DNA of 64,000 bases. It comes from a virus. A program made the translations under genes and the position numbers. Below the pieces are notes generated by a model that saw only the letters and a list, made by a program, of their open reading frames with translations, made no database searches and was not told the DNA's origin. This document shows, one piece after another, positions 58,311 through 64,000 of this stretch; within the stretch, counting starts at the first letter, position 1; each line of letters begins with the position of its first letter. Location of the stretch: positions 32,001 to 96,000 of the IMG/VR virus record IMGVR_UViG_3300045988_117466; one strand, 5' to 3'.

Positions 58311-58808
58311 TTATTTCACCCCCTGTGATTTAAAGTCAGCTATCATTGCAGCTTTTAATTCGTTCATATATTGCCCTTGTACGATCGCCATAGCTTCTTG
58401 GGCACAACTAGCTTCCAACTCAGCTCTTCGGCTGTTAACATCGTTCTCTATAGTCTGCATAGGACTAGGAGAAGAAGTAGGAGTTCCAACATTGTATCCA
58501 CCATGTTCTCCACCAATAAAGTCCCATTCAAATACTGTTTCAGGACTCTGATTATAATGCCCACCTATAGAAGCAGAAGAGATAGTAATTCCACCTTCCG
58601 CTGTTCCAGGCCCACTGATAGTTTTAACCAAAGGCTGACTAGCTTCATATAGTCCATAGCTTCGTCCATATTGCTTAGGACTGTAATCTCCATAAAAGCT
58701 GGCTGCAGCCAATTCACCAATTTCTTTCAATTTTTCTGATGCTAATTGAGCAGCCAAATTAGCTGCAGCAACATTCATTTTCGTTAACACTTCCTGTGCT
58801 TTGCTCAT
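58311..58808 (-). CDS. hypothetical tail-module protein (165 aa)
   Basis: RBS GGAAGGAGAATTAC. The gene abuts the TMP start. Confidence 0.5.
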   Translation of the reverse strand: MSKAQEVLTKMNVAAANLAAQLASEKLKEIGELAAASFYGDYSPKQYGRSYGLYEASQPLVKTISGPGTAEGGITISSASIGGHYNQSPETVFEWDFIGGEHGGYNVGTPTSSPSPMQTIENDVNSRRAELEASCAQEAMAIVQGQYMNELKAAMIADFKSQGVK

Positions 58809-58824
58809 GTAATTCTCCTTCCAC

Positions 58825-58850
58825 TAAAAAAGAGCCTCACATGAGACTCT
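58825..58850 (-). terminator. terminator/attenuator hairpin within the tail operon
   Basis: Minus strand: AGAGTCTCA / TGAGGCTCT followed by TTTTTT. Confidence 0.45.
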
Positions 58851-58857
58851 TTTAAAA

Positions 58858-59394
58858 TTATTCTACTTTTAATTTTTCAATCATTGTTTTCATAACTTCA
58901 GTACTATCAATTCCTTTAGCACCTTCTACAATAGCTTCCTGAATGCTTAGATTAATAAATCTTAATTCCCTTGAAACAATGGCTTCTAAAGAATTATGAT
59001 TTCTCATATGGTCTTCCCAAGCTAATTTATATAGCTTTTTAAATTCTTCAAAATCCTTTCCAATTTCCTCTAAGATTCTGTCAATCAATCCAGCTTTAGC
59101 AAGAGAATCTAATACCTCGTAAGTGCTTTCTCCTTCAAACTCAATATTTGTATAAAGCTGTAGAGCAGTAGTGATCAATACATGATAAGCACTGATTGAA
59201 TTTACAGTAACTGTATAGCTTTCGCTTTCTTTCCCCAACGCCTTAACGATTTCTTCAATTGCAGTAATTTTTATTGCAATTGGAACATAATGACCAATTT
59301 TTAAGCTTGGGATAGCATGTTCTAATGTAGCTCCCTCTACAGAGTTATTAAATTCCTCAATAATAGTGTCTAAATTTACTGTATTTTCTCCCAT
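58858..59394 (-). CDS. tail assembly chaperone-like acidic protein (tentative)
   Basis: Its position upstream of the TMP gene, acidic composition, and RBS AAAAGGAGAAATAACT. Confidence 0.4.
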   Translation of the reverse strand: MGENTVNLDTIIEEFNNSVEGATLEHAIPSLKIGHYVPIAIKITAIEEIVKALGKESESYTVTVNSISAYHVLITTALQLYTNIEFEGESTYEVLDSLAKAGLIDRILEEIGKDFEEFKKLYKLAWEDHMRNHNSLEAIVSRELRFINLSIQEAIVEGAKGIDSTEVMKTMIEKLKVE

Positions 59395-59396
59395 AG

Positions 59397-59867
59397 TTAT
59401 TTCTCCTTTTCTTTTTTCTGTTTCTCTTTTTCTTTGCGTCTCTTTCTTCTTTGAGACTGAATATATTCATAAGTTTTCCATCCACCATCAATCTTTGAGT
59501 ATGCTACCCAATAAAAGTTGATATGAGGATATTTATATAGAAGTAATTTTCTTTTCATAGGTGCCACATGATCTGGCATACCTTTTACATCAATGACATC
59601 TTCATGTCCGTCTTTATATGTAAGTACAAAATCTGCCACATATTTAATAGGAAGATATTTTTTATCTTGATGTTCAAATCCTTCCTGTAATAAATATTCT
59701 TTCTGCCGTTCACAATAGGTGATTTCCCCTGAAAGAATACCCGGAAGAACAGCATCTCTGTAAAATCTCATCTCAAGAGCAGAGTCAAATACGATTCCAT
59801 CACACATACGATTATCAGTTCGCTTACTAACATTGTACTTACTGTCTCTTTGTTTCTTTTCGCTCAT
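59397..59867 (-). CDS. DUF1064-type PD-(D/E)XK nuclease-like protein
   Basis: FDSALEMRFY...KYVADFVLTYKDGHEDVIDVKG (D...(D/E)xK), with a Lys/Arg/Glu tail. Confidence 0.55.
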   Translation of the reverse strand: MSEKKQRDSKYNVSKRTDNRMCDGIVFDSALEMRFYRDAVLPGILSGEITYCERQKEYLLQEGFEHQDKKYLPIKYVADFVLTYKDGHEDVIDVKGMPDHVAPMKRKLLLYKYPHINFYWVAYSKIDGGWKTYEYIQSQRRKRRKEKEKQKKEKEK

Positions 59868-59926
59868 AGTCCTCCTTATAAAATCCGTATACTAAAAACA
59901 GCAGAAGTACCTGCTGCCATAATGTT

Positions 59927-60145
59927 CTAAATTAATTCATGTTTACACCAAGCATCATACAGGTGCTTAGTGTCTTCTCTGTTCCAAACAAATAAAATTT
60001 TATTCTGATCGAATCTATTGTCTGGAATGATATCCAAAAGTTCAGCTCCATAACTTAAGTATTTAAAATTCTGAAGCATATTTGGAATAAATACACACTC
60101 ATCCGGTTCATAAGTCTTCCCGGTAATTCCACTTGTAGTTTTCAT
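59927..60145 (-). CDS. hypothetical protein (72 aa)
   Basis: Strong RBS (CAGGAGGAACT). Confidence 0.5.
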   Translation of the reverse strand: MKTTSGITGKTYEPDECVFIPNMLQNFKYLSYGAELLDIIPDNRFDQNKILFVWNREDTKHLYDAWCKHELI

Positions 60146-60243
60146 AGTTCCTCCTGTTTATAATTAAAAAAAGAGAGACACATAAAACCTAATGGCTATG
60201 TGTCTCTCAGTGATCATTTCTTTTCACTAAGAGATCCGCAAAC

Positions 60244-60582
60244 CTATCTCCATTTCTTCTTACTTCGAGAGTAAGAAGAAGGAGAAGAGGAAGGGGATTG
60301 AGCCGTTTTGTTGGTCTCAGCGAAAACTTTCTCAATAACGCCTAAAACGTCAGGGAGAAAGTCAGATTTGTTAGTTAAATCACACTTGTCCAGTTTTTGT
60401 CTTGTTTGTTCAGCATTGCATTCGCCTGTAGAATATCTCTGACAAGCATCAAATACTTTTCTACAATTGTCTGAATCAAAGATAAAATACCAAGATGGTT
60501 TATCTCTATCGACATCACAATGAGGACAGTAGTGATATGCCTTCCCACAACAAAAACAGGTTCTCTGTTTCGTTTCTCCCAT
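60244..60582 (-). CDS. Cys-rich zinc-finger protein
   Basis: CFCCGKAYHYCPHCD...C...C. RBS is TGGAGGAATATC. Confidence 0.5.
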   Translation of the reverse strand: MGETKQRTCFCCGKAYHYCPHCDVDRDKPSWYFIFDSDNCRKVFDACQRYSTGECNAEQTRQKLDKCDLTNKSDFLPDVLGVIEKVFAETNKTAQSPSSSPSSYSRSKKKWR

Positions 60583-60611
60583 GATATTCCTCCATTTCTA
60601 AATCGTTTCCA

Positions 60612-60645
60612 ATCAAATAGCTGCCTTATCATTTGACAAGACAGC
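60612..60645 (-). terminator. possible terminator after the putative tail tube gene
   Basis: Minus strand: GCTGTCTT / AAGGCAGC (8 bp, one G.U) followed by TATTTGATT. Confidence 0.35.
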
Positions 60646-60657
60646 TTTTAAATTTGA

Positions 60658-61461
60658 TTATTCTGTAGGCATTTTTGGTACGATGATATCGAAAAGTTTC
60701 TTTTCTTTATCACAGTACTGTTGCATACACTGGATTTCAAATGGATGTTTACCATCAGTAGAGAATGTTAAGTCTACATTAGAGCTTAACTTAGCCTGTG
60801 GGAATACAAGATAAGCATTGTACAGTGTACTTACGTTACATACGTCAGCACCTAAAATCTGTACAATCAGTTTTCCAGCTTTAGGGAATTTTGTAGCACT
60901 GTTAGTTACTTTAACAGCTTCATCTGTCTCATATTCGTATTCAACGAATAACTGAGAACCTTTAGATAAACCAGTTGGTAATGTTACACTATCTGTTCCT
61001 TTAGCATGAACAAATTTATCATCACTAGCAGCTGCACCATTAGTGTATTTCTTTCCTAATGTGCTATCACCTTTTAATTCATAGATGTATTTAATCTGCT
61101 CTGTAGGTGTGTGTTTTAATGTAACAGCAGTACCAGCTGTAATATCAATTGTTTCGAAAGCTGTAGCAATTACTTTAGACTCAGCATCAGCAACTTGTTT
61201 CTTTGTACCAAACTGAGCAGCAGCTAATCCTAAATCGAATAAAGAGTTAGTTGCAGAGAAAGTAGCTTTCTTAGCTCTATCGAATTCCATAATAGGAACT
61301 TCAAGAGCATCAGTAGCCTGAGTTGTGTCAGACTCGCATTTGATAGATGGCTCTGTAATCTGATTAATAGACCATAAGATTTCTCCTGTGTCTGTATCTA
61401 CCATGATTGCACGTAAGCATCTATCGATGACAAAGTTATTAATGTCGAATGTACTTGCCAT
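60658..61461 (-). CDS. putative major tail (tube) protein
   Basis: The strongest RBS in the module (CAAGGAGGATTAAAC). Bracketed by terminator hairpins. Position and size fit. No motif proof. Confidence 0.45.
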   Translation of the reverse strand: MASTFDINNFVIDRCLRAIMVDTDTGEILWSINQITEPSIKCESDTTQATDALEVPIMEFDRAKKATFSATNSLFDLGLAAAQFGTKKQVADAESKVIATAFETIDITAGTAVTLKHTPTEQIKYIYELKGDSTLGKKYTNGAAASDDKFVHAKGTDSVTLPTGLSKGSQLFVEYEYETDEAVKVTNSATKFPKAGKLIVQILGADVCNVSTLYNAYLVFPQAKLSSNVDLTFSTDGKHPFEIQCMQQYCDKEKKLFDIIVPKMPTE

Positions 61462-61496
61462 GTTTAATCCTCCTTGAAATATTTAAAAATTTGTAT

Positions 61497-61523
61497 AAAA
61501 AAAAGCAGCTCCATAAGAGCTAC
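61497..61523 (-). terminator. rho-independent terminator
   Basis: Minus strand: GTAGCTC / GAGCTGC (7 bp) with loop TTATG, followed by TTTTTTTT. Overlaps the stop of 61520..62236. Confidence 0.6.
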
Positions 61524-62236
61524 TTAATCCAATTAAGGTCTTCGGTTTTAATTTTTGAGGTATCTATCATACCTGAATAGCATCCTTGTAAAAGTGCAAC
61601 AGCTTGTTTCTTTTTCTGAATCTGTTCAACGCTAGACATAAAAGCTGAGATATTTAAATCTTGAACAGATTGATAATCATACTTGAACTCTTCAGTATTT
61701 ACCATTGAGATAACAAGAGGAAGAAGTATTGGTTCAAACTCTTTGTTTTGGTTCATTTCATATTTCATCTTGTCTTCTTCAATAAGGATTTTTTTAGTTT
61801 CTTCGTTACCAGCGATTTCTACTTTAGGTTTGAGGCCGTGCAAAGATCTAAAATAATCACATATTTTGATATAGGCTAGCTTGTCAATCATGATGTCGTC
61901 TTCCATATCAACAAGAACAAGGTCTCCATTTACTTGATTTTGAGCCATCTCAAATTTACTGAGATCAACTCCCATGAATAATCGTTGAGATATGTCAGTT
62001 TCAAGAGTTGGAGCCATGAGCATAAATAAATCAAAGTCTTCAACTTCTTCGTAGTCTAATCCCAATTTAAAAAGCCTGTATTTCATATCACTAGGAATAC
62101 AGGTTAATGTAAATACAGCTTGAAAGTATTTGTCTTCACCCATCTCTTTTATGTCTCTAAGAGTAGGCTGATGAATACTTATTGCATCATTGATATAATA
62201 ATCATCTCCGAAAATGATAGACAGGTCTTTATCCAT
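61520..62236 (-). CDS. hypothetical structural-module protein (238 aa)
   Basis: Translationally coupled to the upstream gene by overlap. Confidence 0.5.
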   Translation of the reverse strand: MDKDLSIIFGDDYYINDAISIHQPTLRDIKEMGEDKYFQAVFTLTCIPSDMKYRLFKLGLDYEEVEDFDLFMLMAPTLETDISQRLFMGVDLSKFEMAQNQVNGDLVLVDMEDDIMIDKLAYIKICDYFRSLHGLKPKVEIAGNEETKKILIEEDKMKYEMNQNKEFEPILLPLVISMVNTEEFKYDYQSVQDLNISAFMSSVEQIQKKKQAVALLQGCYSGMIDTSKIKTEDLNWIK

Positions 62237-62792
62237 GGTCTACCGTATTGTTAGGAATTTCCTCATGTGAGACATTGTTATGGGCATTATTTCTATTGTC
62301 CATTCGTCCCTGATAAGGATTACTTGGAGTGATCACTCGGAATTTCAATGTCCTGCAAACATATCTGGTATCAGTAGTTCCTGACACATCGTATGTAAGT
62401 TTCATTTGAAATCCTAAATTGTTACTCCACTGAAAATTATCTCTGATGCAATATCCTAAAAGATCATGTCTTTCAGCTCCATAAGGAGTAGCGAGATTAT
62501 CTTCGTGGCAAAATACTCTAAAAGTACATACCTGTTCTTTCATCATCCCATTTCTGTCATTGATATCTACATCATCAATGTCGAAACAAATGAAATTCTG
62601 GACTTCAGATTGTACTGGTTCAATATGAACTGCGGGGAATATGTTTACTCCCAAATATTCATCTGGAGAGTTTGAATCAAGTTTTGGGTTATCCAAAAGC
62701 TCGATAATATCAGAATCATTGTAAAGAATTTCTTTAATAATCCTTTTCTTGTAGATAATATCATCATCTATGTTCTGAAAATCTCTTATCAT
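62229..62792 (-). CDS. hypothetical structural-module protein (187 aa)
   Basis: RBS is ACGGAGGTGATTGGATT. Confidence 0.5.
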   Translation of the reverse strand: MIRDFQNIDDDIIYKKRIIKEILYNDSDIIELLDNPKLDSNSPDEYLGVNIFPAVHIEPVQSEVQNFICFDIDDVDINDRNGMMKEQVCTFRVFCHEDNLATPYGAERHDLLGYCIRDNFQWSNNLGFQMKLTYDVSGTTDTRYVCRTLKFRVITPSNPYQGRMDNRNNAHNNVSHEEIPNNTVDHG

Positions 62793-63382
62793 AATCCAAT
62801 CACCTCCGTCTGAAATTCAGCTGTTAAATCATGTACAAATGCTTGGATGGTGATCGTCTCACCAATTAGAGAGTACACCTTATGACATTTGATATTCACT
62901 GTTGTGTCATCACAAACAATGTCAAAGTCATCTAAGTGACCCTGTGGTACTATAACATTCCACTCCACTTTTTCAGGAGAAGAAGTAGTACCATCTCCAC
63001 GTTTAATAATAGTAGAGAATTTTTTAGCACTACCGCCACATTTAATCTGTGGTTTAGCACCAGCAAAGTTGATCACCAATTTATCATCTGGAAGATCAGG
63101 CAACGTAGGCTTGTCTTCATCAGTTTCAATAGTTGGTGGAACTTCGGTTTTATAATAGTCAGCAATCAACTCGTCCACATTGTCTGTGTGACCATTGAAA
63201 GCATCTTGTTTTAATGTAATTTTTGTAATCCCAAGAGGAACTGCATCCTCTCGTTTTGTAACTTTCCATGCCACTGGATGTAATGGATTACGTGTAATTA
63301 AGAATCGTGTATCGTAGTCTATGGTGTTAACCGTGTCATTGGTTGGAACCCAAAACTGTATCTGATTTTCCACAGAAGTCAC
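62789..63382 (-). CDS. structural protein with a C-terminal Ig-like domain; probably the 3' exon of an interrupted gene
   Basis: The GTG at 63382 has no RBS, and the frame stays open upstream into the region following the LAGLIDADG-like ORF. Confidence 0.45.
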   Translation of the reverse strand: MTSVENQIQFWVPTNDTVNTIDYDTRFLITRNPLHPVAWKVTKREDAVPLGITKITLKQDAFNGHTDNVDELIADYYKTEVPPTIETDEDKPTLPDLPDDKLVINFAGAKPQIKCGGSAKKFSTIIKRGDGTTSSPEKVEWNVIVPQGHLDDFDIVCDDTTVNIKCHKVYSLIGETITIQAFVHDLTAEFQTEVIGL

Positions 63383-63441
63383 GAGATAATCAGTCCAAGT
63401 TCCTTGATTGTTCTTTGATTTTTTGTCTAGTCTCGTAAGGA

Positions 63442-63978
63442 CTAGGCGATTTTGTTTACAAAAGAAGATAAGTATTTATCATATTTACGCTGTAAATAAA
63501 TAGTTGCGTCATTGTACATCCAATGCGCCATATATGTAGCATTTTTACCAGAGAAGTTTATAACTCCAGTAAAATCATTTCCTTTTTTGGCATTTCGAAT
63601 ATTGTATTTAACATCAGTAAAATTCTGGGTAAAATAGTTAATAAATCCCTCACAAAATGTTTTTGTTGATACAATTGAAAGATAATGGCCATGCGCCATA
63701 GTCCCATTTCCGTCAAAATAACCTCTAATAAAATGAGAATGTAAATCTTTTCTAAGCCATGTTGGGTATTCTAAGCAATAACTTTTTCTTGGGACCATCC
63801 CAAGTGATTGTAATTGGCGACACATGTGAGCACTAAAAATTAACATTCTATATTGATTTTGATAAGAATATCCAAAATCATGCTTATTTGAATAATCTAT
63901 AAATTCCAATGGATGTTCATTATCCATCTCCTTACAAATTCTTTCAAGGATAGGGCGATCTCCTTCTTGCAAAGACAT
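63442..63978 (-). CDS. LAGLIDADG-type homing endonuclease-like protein
   Basis: LGMVPRKSYCLEYPTWLRKDLHSHFIRGYFDGNGT matches the ...K(S)...P......F(I/L)RG(Y/F)FDGDG motif context. An in-frame stop lies 9 nt upstream of the ATG. Confidence 0.5.
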   Translation of the reverse strand: MSLQEGDRPILERICKEMDNEHPLEFIDYSNKHDFGYSYQNQYRMLIFSAHMCRQLQSLGMVPRKSYCLEYPTWLRKDLHSHFIRGYFDGNGTMAHGHYLSIVSTKTFCEGFINYFTQNFTDVKYNIRNAKKGNDFTGVINFSGKNATYMAHWMYNDATIYLQRKYDKYLSSFVNKIA

Positions 63979-64000
63979 GGAGATAGTTTATTTAGGCATA

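Noticed and set aside
1-64000. CRISPR arrays, rRNA genes, transposase/IS elements, and defence systems such as retrons or CBASS.
   Set aside because: No spaced direct-repeat array, rRNA-like sequence, transposase, reverse transcriptase or cyclase motif was seen in any frame.

Overview
The whole window is bacteriophage DNA. It is AT-rich, and its ribosome-binding sites match the extended Firmicutes/Clostridia Shine-Dalgarno (AGGAGGTGATC). No rRNA, intact tRNA or CRISPR array is present.

The plus strand (1 to ~22.8 kb) carries a replication and nucleotide-metabolism module:
- primase fragment, Cas4/RecB-like nuclease, DnaE-type polymerase and RecD-like helicase
- a ThyX-like/dUTPase fusion, a guanylate-kinase-like kinase, and NrdD/NrdG
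- a tandem array of small paralogous genes, a ClpP-like protease and a secreted 3D-domain protein
- a tyrosine integrase with an attP-like site that mimics a tRNA/tmRNA 3' end

The minus strand (64 kb down to ~23.1 kb) carries the tail and lysis module:
- putative tail tube and chaperone genes, and a giant tape-measure gene
- Dit, Tal, two very large fibre/receptor-binding proteins, a holin and an amidase endolysin

The main result is the density of self-splicing introns.
- dnaE is split into three exons by two group I introns. One carries a GIY-YIG homing endonuclease and the other has no ORF.
- The three tape-measure-like ORFs appear to be exons of one ~3830-codon gene, joined across two large group I introns.
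- These two introns carry no recognisable homing endonuclease. One carries Bro-N/KilA-C and Rha antirepressor-like genes. The other carries a lipoprotein gene and a secreted Ig-like protein gene.
- A LAGLIDADG-like ORF at the window edge suggests a fifth intron.

A 675-bp non-coding island inside the tail operon has its own plus-strand promoter and terminator and looks like a structured RNA gene.

All calls come from reading the sequence and the translations by eye. No database search or RNA folding was run.
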